From: Candidatus Latescibacterota bacterium
GTDB lineage: Bacteria; Latescibacterota; UBA2968; UBA8231
DNA length: 64,000 nucleotides
Direction: 5' to 3'
Assembly (NCBI GenBank): GCA_965208105.1
Contig: OZ242318.1
Location: 480,001-544,000 of the forward strand
The notes under the pieces were generated by a model that was not told the origin of the DNA, did not search any database, and worked only from the letters and a program-made list of their open reading frames with translations. Made by a program: the position numbers and the translations under genes. This document shows, one piece after another, positions 26,342 to 35,751 of the stretch; positions within the stretch are counted from its first letter, which is position 1, and every line of letters starts with the position of its first letter.

Positions 26342-27402
26342 AGAGCCTCGCCCGTATCCGGGTCGAAGCAGCGAATGTGTCGCAGGTCGAAGCCCAGGGA
26401 AACCTCCTCGCCGCGTCGATACGAGCCACCCCCACCCACCTGCATGGTCAGGCGGCCCGACCCCGTATCCAGGTAGACATTGCGGCAGAATCCCAGGTAC
26501 TCCTCCGTCAGCACCCTGGCTTCGAGGAGCCCCGGAAAAGCCGGGCGCACGAACTCCGGACGCACCCCCAGGACAGCCCTGCCCACGCGAAGGGGACGCG
26601 GCAAGGGAAGATCCCACCCTCCGGCTGACGGGGTGAAGCGGCAATCCTCCCCTTCCCCAGCCACCTCTCCCTCGATCAGGTTCATTGCCGGACTGCCGAC
26701 GAAATGGGCAACGAAGAGGCCGGCAGGCCGATCGTAGACTTCGGCGGGGGTACCGCTTTGTCTGATGCGCCCCTCGTCCATCACCACCACCTGGTCGGCG
26801 AGGGACATGGCTTCCTCCTGGTCGTGAGTGACGTAGATGGTGGTCACTCCCATTTCCAGTTGCCGGGAGCGGATCCACTCGCGCATCTCCAGGCGCAGGT
26901 CGGCGTCGAGCGTGCCCAGGGGCTCGTCCATCAGGTAGAGCCGCGGCCTGCGCACCATCGCCCTCGCCAGGGCTACCCGCTGCTGGTCCCCCCCGCTCAA
27001 CTGGGGCGGATACAGGTCGGCCAGTGCTTCGAGCCCGAGGCGCGCGAGGATCTCGGCGACGCGCTCGCGGCGCTGGCGGGGGACACCCTCCATGCTCTCC
27101 AGGGGGAAGGCGATATTGTCGCGCACCGTCAGGTGGGGATAGAGCGAGTAGAACTGAAAGACGAAACCCACATCCCGCGCCGCCGGGGACATGGCGCTGA
27201 CGTCGGCTCCGGCCACTTTGATCTGTCCCCCGGTGGGGACCTCGAGCCCGGCGATCATGCGCAGAGTGGTGGTCTTGCCGCACCCGGAGGGCCCGAGAAG
27301 TACCACGAACTCCCCTTCCTCGCAGCGCAAGTCGATGCCTTTGACCGCTGCGGTACCCTCCGCATAGATTTTGCTGAGGCGGTTCAGTTCCAGGAAGCTC
27401 AT
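26338..27402 (-). CDS. Sugar ABC transporter ATP-binding subunit (MalK-like)
   Basis: GPSGCGKTT, LSGGDQQRVA, YVTHDQEEA, FVGSPAMN. Confidence 0.93.
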   Translation of the reverse strand: MSFLELNRLSKIYAEGTAAVKGIDLRCEEGEFVVLLGPSGCGKTTTLRMIAGLEVPTGGQIKVAGADVSAMSPAARDVGFVFQFYSLYPHLTVRDNIAFPLESMEGVPRQRRERVAEILARLGLEALADLYPPQLSGGDQQRVALARAMVRRPRLYLMDEPLGTLDADLRLEMREWIRSRQLEMGVTTIYVTHDQEEAMSLADQVVVMDEGRIRQSGTPAEVYDRPAGLFVAHFVGSPAMNLIEGEVAGEGEDCRFTPSAGGWDLPLPRPLRVGRAVLGVRPEFVRPAFPGLLEARVLTEEYLGFCRNVYLDTGSGRLTMQVGGGGSYRRGEEVSLGFDLRHIRCFDPDTGEAL

Positions 27403-27661
27403 GTGTGTTCGTAGATTTCCATCAGGGGACCGGTTGGAGCACCAACCGGATAGATAGTAACTTCCCGATGCGCGCTTGACGCCTGAGCAGGGGGAATTAC
27501 AGGTCAAAACTACGATTCAATCGCCGATCTGCAAAAGATCGAAGACCTGCCATCTGCCTTGACCGGAAAACCGGAAGGTTCTTTAAATGTCTGTACTGGA
27601 ATCCACCTCGTCCGCTACCCCGAAAGTTTTTGGTCCAGACCTCACCGAGTCGGAGGACATG

Positions 27662-28033
27662 ATGCCAATCGTTCAATTGGAACTTGTGATTCGAGGTAAT
27701 TTCGAGCGAATCAGCGGCGACACCCTGCAGGACCTCGCCGACGAACTCGGTGAATATTTCCAGACGGACAGGGCCGCCACCTGGGTCAAGGTCGGCTACC
27801 TTCCATTCGAGCAATATGCGGAAAATCGGACCGCGCTTGGAGGCGAGGTAAGGCCCACCCTGGTCTACGTGCTGAAATACCGGCTTCCCCCACGGGACCA
27901 ACTAGCACAGGAAGCAAAGGACCTGTCGCGGATCGTGGCGAAACGCCTGCAGCGCCCCGAAGAAAACACTCACATAATTTTCGAGCCGGACGGGATAGGG
28001 CGGGTCGCTTTCGGCGGCGAACTGGTCACCTGA
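27662..28033 (+). CDS. Tautomerase/MIF-superfamily-like protein, copy 1
   Basis: GGAGG RBS, Met-Pro start, RPEENTHIIFE...VAFGG C-terminus, 123 aa; ~88% nt identical to 54562-54933. Confidence 0.7.
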   Translation: MPIVQLELVIRGNFERISGDTLQDLADELGEYFQTDRAATWVKVGYLPFEQYAENRTALGGEVRPTLVYVLKYRLPPRDQLAQEAKDLSRIVAKRLQRPEENTHIIFEPDGIGRVAFGGELVT

Positions 28034-28095
28034 TGCTTTTCAGCACTCCGCCGACGCCTTGTCGAGTTTCGATGCAATTGTCCTGAAGGAGGCGG

Positions 28096-28410
28096 TTATA
28101 CTACGGAAAGCGGTTCGATCCGGGCTAGTTCGTCTCGATACTGTTGCTTCAAATCCCAAAGATCCCTGGCATGTTGGGCTTGCAGCCAAAATTCAGGAGA
28201 GTTCTTGAACACGCGGGCTAGTTTCAACGCCATGATGGGCGAAACAGCACGCCGCTCGCGCACCAGTTCGTTAACGGTTTGACGAGAAACGCCCAATGCG
28301 GCAGCCAAAACAGTCGTCGTCAGACCATAATCGGGAAGAAAGTCTTCTCGCAACATCTCCCCAGGATGGGTAGGGGGAATGTTGCGTTTTTGCTTATTTG
28401 CAATAGCCAT
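28096..28410 (-). CDS. higA: HigA-family antitoxin
   Basis: PPTHPGEMLREDFL, HTH, SPEFWLQAQ. Confidence 0.92.
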   Translation of the reverse strand: MAIANKQKRNIPPTHPGEMLREDFLPDYGLTTTVLAAALGVSRQTVNELVRERRAVSPIMALKLARVFKNSPEFWLQAQHARDLWDLKQQYRDELARIEPLSVV

Positions 28411-28420
28411 GGATTATTCC

Positions 28421-28701
28421 TTAATGGTAATCCGTGATTTCAACGTCGTAGGCCTCTCCGTCGACGAAGCGAAAACAGATGCGCCATTGGTCATTGATCG
28501 ATATTGAATGTTGTCCTTTGCGGTCCCCTTTCAAGGGATGCAGGCGGTTGCTCGGCGGTACCCTCAAATCGTTCAATGTACGAGCGAGATCGATGTATTC
28601 CAATCGCCGTATGGCTCTTCGAATCAGATGGCGGATAATCGTTTGAATTGTCCCGTGGTATAGAGCTGTTGAGTTGCTCTATCGGCGAATGTTTTGATCA
28701 C
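28421..28701 (-). pseudogene. higB: HigB/RelE-type toxin, frameshifted
   Basis: GTG-IKTFADRATQQLY...LSAI then stop; another frame continues LIRRAIRRLEYID...PPSNRLHPLKGDRKGQHSISINDQWRICF...ITDYH. Confidence 0.85.
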
Positions 28702-28707
28702 AGGTCA

Positions 28708-28736
28708 ATTGTAACGTGCCACGTGATAATTGTCAA
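28708..28736 (-). promoter_or_regulatory. sigma70 promoter of higBA with palindromic operator
   Basis: Minus strand TTGACA-17 nt-TACAAT, 6 nt before the GTG (leaderless); spacer contains ACGTG-G-CACGT. Confidence 0.8.
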
Positions 28737-28745
28737 TTCCGGTTA

Positions 28746-28774
28746 GGGTTCATCCCCGCGTAGGCGGGGCAGCC
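28746..28774 (-). CRISPR. Solitary 29-bp type I-E-like CRISPR repeat
   Basis: Minus strand GGCTGCCCCGCCTACGCGGGGATGAACCC with CCCCGC/GCGGGG hairpin and ATGAACCC 3' end; no second repeat or cas gene seen in the window. Confidence 0.6.
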
Positions 28775-28824
28775 TCTAACACCGGTGAGTGTATATATAT
28801 ACTGAACTATTGCAAACTTCGGCT

Positions 28825-30815
28825 GTGTGTCCAGCGAAGGCTGGCGTGTTCAGCAGGAGACAGTCCTGCCGGGGTAAGAGTCAGCAGCCCCGTAGCTTGG
28901 ATAGCAGGGTGGCGGGAAACCAACATCCTGAAGCCTATCGACAGAGTCTCCCTGGGGAGACTGCGAGTCATTGGGCCGTAACGAAAGTGAACGCAGAGGT
29001 GGCCTCGAAAGTGCAAAGCCCCGAAGGCCGAGCCGACAACCGGACGGCGAAGGCAGCATGGGCAGCCGAAGGCTGAATGAGACGGCTGCTTTACTTCGGC
29101 GGGTTGGTAGCGACGGCACGATGGCAAGGACATGCCGAGCAACTGGAGAAGCCCTCCTCGCCCCGGCGCGAAATCGCCGGAGCAGGGTAGGTCCTATAAC
29201 CGGAGACACCGGGAAGGGGACCGAAGGCGAGAGGGTGGCGGATGGGTGCATAGTAGCGAGGAAGCGGGGTAACGCCCGTGGAGCGAAGGCGCCCTGCTGT
29301 TGAACATTCTCCGACAACAACGGGAGGCACGGGTGGAATGATAAAAACGCCCATCACGGTGCAGGACCTGAGAAGGAGAATATACCTCAAGGCGAAGGCT
29401 GACAAGGCCTGGCGTTTCTGGGGACTGTACGTCCATGTATGCAAGAGGGAAACACTCCACGAGGCCTACAAGGCGGCCAAGCGCAATAACGGAGCCCCGG
29501 GTATTGATGGCATGACGTTTGCGGCCATCGAGCAGTCCGGCGTGGAGACGTTTCTGGAAGGCCTACGTGATGAACTGATCTCCGAGACCTATCGGCCCAT
29601 GAGGAATCGTCGGGTGGAAATTCCCAAGGGAGAGGGTACAACCCGTACTCTGGGGATACCCAGCATACGAGACCGCGTGGTCCAGGGGGCGCTCAAGCTG
29701 ATTCTGGAGCCTGTCTTCGAGGCTGATTTCCAACCGGGGTCGTATGGGTACCGGCCGAAGCGCACGGCCCATCAGGCCATTCAGCGGGTGGCGCAAGCGG
29801 TGGTTCAGAACAAGACCACGGTAATAGACGTGGACCTGGCTTCGTATTTCGACAGGATCCGCCATGACATTTTGTTGAGGAAAGTGGCGGAACGGGTTGA
29901 TGACCAGCAGGTTCTGAGGCTGCTGAAGTCCATTCTCAAGACCGGCGGCCGACGCGGCGTTCCTCAAGGGGGTGTCCTTTCCCCGTTGCTCAGCAACCTC
30001 TATCTCAACGGGGTAGACCAGATGCTGGAGCGGGCGAAGCGCGCCACTCGACGAGGGCGGTATACTTATATCGAGTATGTGCGGTTTGCTGATGATGTTG
30101 TGATCCTGGTCGACGGCTATCGGCGGTGGAAGTGGCTCGCCGCGGCGGTCGACCGACGACTTCGGGAAGAATTGGCCAAGCTCGATGTAGCGCTCAATCA
30201 CGACAAGACGCGTCGAATCGACCTGACCCGAGGCGAACACTTCGGATTCCTGGGGTTTGACTCTCGTCGAACCAGGACTCGGCGGGGGGTATGGGGCGTG
30301 CGCAACGTGCCGACGATGAAGGCACGTACGGCGCTTCTGCGCAAGCTCAAGGAGCTTTTTCGACGTTTTCGCTCCCAACCGATCGATCGGGTCATCGGCC
30401 TGATCAACCCGGTGTTGCGCGGATGGGTCAACTACTTCCGTGTGGGGCAGTCGAATCGATGCTTCAGGTATGTGAAAAACTGGGTTGAGAAGAAGATCAG
30501 ACGCCATCTGATGCGCGCGCGCCAAGGTCAGAGTTTTGGCTGGAAGAGGTGGAGTAGCCGGTGGTTATACAAAGAGCTCGGGCTATTCTCCGAGTATCGG
30601 GTGGCCTACCACCGGCCGAAAGCCCCTCCGGTACAATAGGTCCCATAGCCCTTGAGAGGAAATCAACAGGAAAGCCCGGTGCGGGAAATCCGCATGCCGG
30701 GGTTTGACGTGGCGGGAGTTGGAAACGTGATCAGGGGAGCCGGACTGAGGCCCATCGCGAAAGCGGTGGAATCGTCACCGGACCCTACCGTTGGCGCGCC
30801 AGCTCTCGACCCTAC
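28825..30815 (+). mobile_element. Group II intron
   Basis: 5' GTGTG at 28825, RT/maturase ORF, domain V AAGCCCGGTGCGGGAAATCCGCATGCCGGGGTTT (~30672-30705), domain VI ending CTCGACCCTAC (3' end 30815 or 30816). Confidence 0.92.
29338..30639 (+). CDS. ltrA: Group II intron reverse transcriptase/maturase without endonuclease domain
   Basis: GAPGIDG, LGIPSIRDRVVQ, SYGYRP, PQGGVLSPLLSNLYL, RFADD, FLGF, LRGWVNYF. Confidence 0.95.
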   Translation: MIKTPITVQDLRRRIYLKAKADKAWRFWGLYVHVCKRETLHEAYKAAKRNNGAPGIDGMTFAAIEQSGVETFLEGLRDELISETYRPMRNRRVEIPKGEGTTRTLGIPSIRDRVVQGALKLILEPVFEADFQPGSYGYRPKRTAHQAIQRVAQAVVQNKTTVIDVDLASYFDRIRHDILLRKVAERVDDQQVLRLLKSILKTGGRRGVPQGGVLSPLLSNLYLNGVDQMLERAKRATRRGRYTYIEYVRFADDVVILVDGYRRWKWLAAAVDRRLREELAKLDVALNHDKTRRIDLTRGEHFGFLGFDSRRTRTRRGVWGVRNVPTMKARTALLRKLKELFRRFRSQPIDRVIGLINPVLRGWVNYFRVGQSNRCFRYVKNWVEKKIRRHLMRARQGQSFGWKRWSSRWLYKELGLFSEYRVAYHRPKAPPVQ

Positions 30816-32041
30816 CAGGCCAGCTCAAGATATGTGACGATGCGCTGCTGATTCCACCCCAAAGTTGTAGCCTGTTCGACGGCCCAATGGATGGTCTTAC
30901 TGAGCGTTTCCCGCGACACGGCTCGACAGGCTTGGCCGATGGTCGTCAGCACACCATGTGGCCAGTCACGCGCACGGCCCTGCCCCATTTGGGCTATGAG
31001 GAGACTGTGCGCCAGCATCGCCAGATACAGGTGCCGGGTCTGGCCCTTGGCGCTGCGTAGCTGACAGTCTCCCATGCCCAGATGTTGCTTGCCGTCCCGG
31101 TGAAAGGTCTCCGTGCCCGTCCAGCGTTTGCGGTAGACGTTCAATATACGGCTGATCTCCCAATACACCCGGTTGGTCACCAGGTACTTGACCGGCTTCC
31201 TGCCGTTCTTGCGATCCCACAGAATCACCAGGCGGACGGGGTGATCGAGGTGGGGAAGACGCACGGTTCGGGTGTAATACCACTGTTTGCGATCGCCGAT
31301 GTCGACCCGTTTGCGCTCCTCGGGGGCGACCCCGGCGGCCCACTCGACCGCCTTCATCTCACCGCCCTTGAAACGCACCTTGCGGTTGCTCTTCAAATCC
31401 CCCACGTAGCCGCGCGTATGGCCTTGGATATGGTTGAGACTCTCGGCACTGGTGAAGTAGCAGTCAAAGGCGAAATCCCCGGGAATCTCTCGCTCCACCA
31501 CCCCGTCCACCAACTCCTTGAACAGGTCCGTGTGATTCTTGAAGGGCTCGGCCGACTCGCCTTCGACGCCCTCTTCCCGCTTGCGAAAACGACGAAACTC
31601 CAAAGGATAATGTTTCCCCGACGAACACACGTAGTTGGCGATCACGTAGTCGTGCGCAATCAGATGGCGCCCCTCGGCATGGTCCCAGAACCAACCCGCG
31701 CCCTCGATCATCTCCCCGCTATGGCCGACCAGGGTGTTGTCGATGGCGATCACCCCCCGCGCTGAATAGCGGGTCGAAGAATGACCCTGCAGCCAGGCCA
31801 AACGATGTTCGTTGAGTTGTTCCACGTCCCACGGCACCTGGGTGATCCAACGGTTCAGGCAGGATTGATCCGTGGTCTGGGCAAACTCGGCGTTGATCGC
31901 CGAAACGTTCTTGCGCTCGGCGACCATCAGCCCGGTCAGATACTCGGCAAAATGCCAGCGCTCCGGGGTGTTGGCGAACATCCAGCCGAATTCGTCCACG
32001 GTTTTCTCGACTATCGTAGGAAAAGAAATAATACCCGGCAT
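30812..32041 (-). CDS. IS701-family DDE transposase
   Basis: FAEYLTGL, IAIDNT, AFDCYF, YRKRWTGTETFHRDGKQHLG. Confidence 0.88.
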   Translation of the reverse strand: MPGIISFPTIVEKTVDEFGWMFANTPERWHFAEYLTGLMVAERKNVSAINAEFAQTTDQSCLNRWITQVPWDVEQLNEHRLAWLQGHSSTRYSARGVIAIDNTLVGHSGEMIEGAGWFWDHAEGRHLIAHDYVIANYVCSSGKHYPLEFRRFRKREEGVEGESAEPFKNHTDLFKELVDGVVEREIPGDFAFDCYFTSAESLNHIQGHTRGYVGDLKSNRKVRFKGGEMKAVEWAAGVAPEERKRVDIGDRKQWYYTRTVRLPHLDHPVRLVILWDRKNGRKPVKYLVTNRVYWEISRILNVYRKRWTGTETFHRDGKQHLGMGDCQLRSAKGQTRHLYLAMLAHSLLIAQMGQGRARDWPHGVLTTIGQACRAVSRETLSKTIHWAVEQATTLGWNQQRIVTYLELAW

Positions 32042-32406
32042 GAACCCCTCTCACAGCGTCAGGGGACGTGCAAGGCGGGGGAGACCTTGCCTCGCCAATA
32101 TACTCAGGTGGGCGACATATCTGCTACCGAAAACCTGGACTCATCAGCGGGAAATCCTCATTTTGCAAAAGTCCAGTAGTTCATGCAAATTCACCGCTGC
32201 TTGCGGTGGAAAGATTACCTCTACTTCTTTGATACCTCTTCATCTTTCCATATATTGGATATTAATAGTTAGTTTTGTGGCCCAAAGCAACGCTGGTCGA
32301 AACGGCAAAGGGCAACCGACCAGGGCAGAGCACCATAGGGTCATTTCCAAGCTGATGTGGCCCTGTCTCTCCTAGTTCTATATCCCAGGAAAGGAGTGAG
32401 TTTAAA

Positions 32407-33552
32407 TTGGAGCGGTCGCACTACGCCGAAGAAAAACCCGGGAGAAGACGACCCGCGCGTTTGGCTTCCCCGCAAGCAAAACAGGGAAAAAACAGGGAGG
32501 AAGGGACGCTCTATCGCGACCTCTTTGAAGAATCCCACGAGGCCCTCATCATCACCGAGCGAGACGGGAAAATCGTCGATGCCAATAACGCTGCCAGCGC
32601 TCTGTTTGGCTACGCACGCGCCGAGCTGGTGGGCATGAATATCCGCTTCGTCTACTTGAACGCGGAAGACCGAGAGCGCTTTCAGGAAAAGGTCGAGAAG
32701 CAGGGATTTGTGCGCGATTTTGAACTGGCTTTTCACACCAGCAATGGACGTCGACTCGACTGCTTGGTGACGACCACCGTGCGGCGAGCTACAGACGGTA
32801 CCGTAGCAGGCTATCAGGGCATCATCTTCGACATTTCCGAGCGCAAGCGCATGGAAAAAAAACTGCACAAGTATCAGCGAAAGCTCCAGTCGTTAACGGT
32901 AGAACTTTCCAGAAACGCAGAGCATGAACGGCGGTGTCTTGCCGATAACCTCCACGATGGCCTCGGGCAGGACTTGGTGCTGGCGCAGTTAAAGCTCGAA
33001 ACCCTGCGGCATGCCAACGATAGTGATCACAAGGCTCTGATCGCCGATCTGCAGGCTGTGCTCGACCGGATGAGTCTCTACCTCCGCTCCGTGACCTTTG
33101 ATCTCACCCCCCCCATGCTCCACGACCTAGGGCTCATACCGGCCCTGGAGTGGCTCAGTGAACATATCGAGCAGGACTACGGATTGAAGGTGGAACTAAA
33201 AACCAATGGCGACTGCGAAGTCCCTGATCAAAATACACGTGACCTGACGTTCAGATGCATTCGCGAGTTGTTACACAATGCCGCACGGCACGCCAATACG
33301 GATCTGGCCACAGTGTCGTTGTGTCCTGGCTCGACGCATTTGCAGGTGCTGGTAGAGGACACCGGACAGGGCTTTGACCTTGTGCAGTTGGACCCTGAGA
33401 AGGATAATTCTCATTTCGGCCTGTTCAGCATTCGCGAGCACCTGACCTATATCGGTGGCCATTTCGCCATCGAGTCGAGCTTGGGACAAGGCACGAGTTG
33501 TCTGCTGACAATTCCGTTTTCCCTCTCCGGCCAAGAGGATAATTCCCAATGA
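32407..33552 (+). CDS. Cytoplasmic PAS-domain histidine kinase (HisKA_3 type)
   Basis: PAS (YRDLFEES...DISERK), ERRCLADNLHDGLGQ H-box, ELLHNAARHA, EDTGQGF, FGLFSIRE; no TM helix. Confidence 0.9.
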   Translation: MERSHYAEEKPGRRRPARLASPQAKQGKNREEGTLYRDLFEESHEALIITERDGKIVDANNAASALFGYARAELVGMNIRFVYLNAEDRERFQEKVEKQGFVRDFELAFHTSNGRRLDCLVTTTVRRATDGTVAGYQGIIFDISERKRMEKKLHKYQRKLQSLTVELSRNAEHERRCLADNLHDGLGQDLVLAQLKLETLRHANDSDHKALIADLQAVLDRMSLYLRSVTFDLTPPMLHDLGLIPALEWLSEHIEQDYGLKVELKTNGDCEVPDQNTRDLTFRCIRELLHNAARHANTDLATVSLCPGSTHLQVLVEDTGQGFDLVQLDPEKDNSHFGLFSIREHLTYIGGHFAIESSLGQGTSCLLTIPFSLSGQEDNSQ

Positions 33553-34196
33553 CTTCGCGTGTTCTTCTGGTGGACGATCACCAGATAGTGCGTCAGGGGC
33601 TGCGCTTGCTGCTCGAAAGAGAAAGCGATATCGAGATGGTCACCGAGGCCGGAGACGGCCAGACGGCCATCAACTTGGTCCTGGCCTCTCCACCTGACCT
33701 TGTGGTCATGGATATCGGCATGCCCGGCTTGAACGGCGTCGAGGCCACGCGCCAGATTCGAGCCAAGAACCCCCAGGTGCAAGTAATAGCCCTGTCGATA
33801 CACGCCGACAAGCGCTTTGTGGCCGCCATGCTGCAGGCGGGGGCCTCGGGCTTTTTGCTAAAAACGGAGGCCGCCCGCGATCTGGTGGAAGCGATCCGGA
33901 CGGTAATGGCCGGCCACAAGTACCTGAGCCCGCGATTGATTGATCCCCTCGTTGACGATTACGTGGAGCACCTCGTCGACCAAGGCGACCCATCCCTCCT
34001 GACCGCACGCGAGCGCGAGGTGTTGCAGCTCATCGCCGAAGGAAAGACAACGGCGCAAATAGCCAATCAACTCATGGTAAGCGAGAAAACCGCCGCCACT
34101 CATCGCCAGCATATCATGGAAAAGCTCAACCTGCATAATGTGGCCGAGTTGACCAAATACGCGATCAAAGAAGGGCTCACTGGACTGGATGAGTGA
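33549..34196 (+). CDS. NarL/LuxR-family response regulator
   Basis: LLVDDH, VMDIGMPGLNG, LTAREREVLQLIAEG HTH; ATGA overlap with the kinase. Confidence 0.95.
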   Translation: MTSRVLLVDDHQIVRQGLRLLLERESDIEMVTEAGDGQTAINLVLASPPDLVVMDIGMPGLNGVEATRQIRAKNPQVQVIALSIHADKRFVAAMLQAGASGFLLKTEAARDLVEAIRTVMAGHKYLSPRLIDPLVDDYVEHLVDQGDPSLLTAREREVLQLIAEGKTTAQIANQLMVSEKTAATHRQHIMEKLNLHNVAELTKYAIKEGLTGLDE

Positions 34197-34407
34197 TCCT
34201 TTGGGCTGGGTGGCCGCTTCGCTTCGTCCAACCAGGTGTCCTTGAACTATTACCTCCTCGACCTCGCCGGCAAGATACGGTAAATCCGTCGGCGCAAAAG
34301 ACGGTCCTTGCTCTTGGAAGGATGGGCAGGTGTGATCGCGCAATTGAAAACATGCCCCATTGGCTTCCTGCTCTTAGCTATTGACGCTCTTTGAGGAGGC
34401 CTGAGAA

Positions 34408-35751
34408 ATGTTCAAAAATGCACACTGGCTATGGAGGATCGGAGCACTTTGTATCTCCAGCGTCCAGGCTGAAGAGGCTGCCAAGCTCGACTTGGACTAC
34501 TGCCTTGAAGCGGCCATGGAGCACAACCGCGAGTTGATTCAGGCGCGCGGAAAAATCCGCCAAGAAGAGAGCAATGGAGTCATGGTCCACTCCCGCTTCA
34601 TGCCCAGTCTGGACCTGAGATCCAACTACAATGCCAGCCGCACGGAAGCGCAGGGAAAGACCGAAGATCATGTCGCCAGCCATCTGCGTTTTTCCCAACG
34701 CCTCTTCGAATTTGGCCCCGAATTAGCCCATGACGTGCAGCAGCGCGAGAACCTGCGCAAAGCTATCTATGCCTACCAAGACCAGGTCTACCGGGTGCTT
34801 TCCCAGGTGTGGCAAACCTTTCATTTAATCCTGCTGCAGGAGCGTCAGATCGCCACTCGCCACCGGTCTCGCCAGGACTTTCAAGAGGATTACGAGCGCA
34901 AGCAAGCCCGTTTCGAGCGCCGCCTCGCCGGCGAAGAAGAGGTGCTCAGCGCCTATCTCAACGTCCTCAACGAGGAGTTGGCCATCAACAATCTGGAGCG
35001 CGAGCAGTTCAACGACGAGATGACCCTGCTGCGCCTCATCGGCCAGCCCATCGGCCTCCACCTGCGGCTTTCGAGCGCGCATGTGAATTTCACCCTGGAG
35101 CCGGAGCAGGCCGTGAAGCTAGCTCTCGAAAACAGCGTGCCAATCGCTTTGGCCGCTTGGCGCCTTGAGGAGCAGCAGCGCATTCTGCGCGAGATCGACT
35201 GGGAGTACAGCCCGGATCTGTCCTTTGGCACCGGCGTGGAGGACGGTCGGCGCAATGCCAAGGTGAGCCTCGACAGAGACGGCGGGACCTGGGGAATGGA
35301 TCTGTCTTCGGAACTCCAACTCCGCGAGGAGCAGCCGGAGGACCCGGCATTCAGCGACGAGACCCGCTGGTTCGCACAAGTCGAGGCGCGCATCCCCATC
35401 TTTGAAGGAGGCTTGCGTCTGGGTCTGGAGCGCCGTGAGAAAGCGCGCTTGCACCAGATCGAAGTCGAGTTGGGCGACCTACGCGCCAGCGCCGAGCTGC
35501 AGGTGCGCCAGGCCTACCAGTCCATGCTCGAGGCCGAGGGCCGCCAGCGCATCCAACAGGAACGAGTGCGCATTGCCCGCCGCCGCCTGGAGATCAACCA
35601 GATTCTCATGGACAAAGGCCAAGCCGACGAGAGCAAACTGGAGCAGCTCCGCAGCCAGTTCTTCCAGGCTCAGGACGTGCTTTTTCAGAACCAGGTAACT
35701 TACATCATCCAGCAGGCCACCTTGCGCCGCTTCATGGGATATTTTAAGTGA
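34408..35751 (+). CDS. TolC-family outer membrane protein
   Basis: Signal peptide, LDYCLEAAMEHN, RIPIFEGG, QVRQAYQS two-repeat pattern. Confidence 0.75.
   Translation: MFKNAHWLWRIGALCISSVQAEEAAKLDLDYCLEAAMEHNRELIQARGKIRQEESNGVMVHSRFMPSLDLRSNYNASRTEAQGKTEDHVASHLRFSQRLFEFGPELAHDVQQRENLRKAIYAYQDQVYRVLSQVWQTFHLILLQERQIATRHRSRQDFQEDYERKQARFERRLAGEEEVLSAYLNVLNEELAINNLEREQFNDEMTLLRLIGQPIGLHLRLSSAHVNFTLEPEQAVKLALENSVPIALAAWRLEEQQRILREIDWEYSPDLSFGTGVEDGRRNAKVSLDRDGGTWGMDLSSELQLREEQPEDPAFSDETRWFAQVEARIPIFEGGLRLGLERREKARLHQIEVELGDLRASAELQVRQAYQSMLEAEGRQRIQQERVRIARRRLEINQILMDKGQADESKLEQLRSQFFQAQDVLFQNQVTYIIQQATLRRFMGYFK

Larger units (their letters stand above)
28802..32176 (-). mobile_element. IS701-family insertion sequence carrying a nested group II intron
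   Basis: Terminal inverted repeats CTGAACTATTGCAAA (28802-28816) and TTTGCAAAAGTCCAG (32162-32176), 13/15 match, TA on both flanks. Confidence 0.82.

Noticed and set aside
23405-27402. Fucosidase and sugar ABC as one fucose-utilisation locus
   Set aside because: Convergent orientation, no fucose catabolic genes and no substrate evidence
28746-28774. Full CRISPR array
   Set aside because: Only one repeat found; reported as a solitary unit
29338-30639. Reverse transcriptase as retron, DGR or CRISPR-associated RT, given the nearby repeat
   Set aside because: Maturase domain, domains V/VI and a clean insertion junction show an ordinary group II intron; no cas1 or TR/VR pair
34282-34382. Possible fourth copy of the promoter module upstream of tolC
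   Set aside because: Only short matches (CGCAAAA, CAGGTGT, ATTGAAAA) and no clear palindromes; needs a weight-matrix scan
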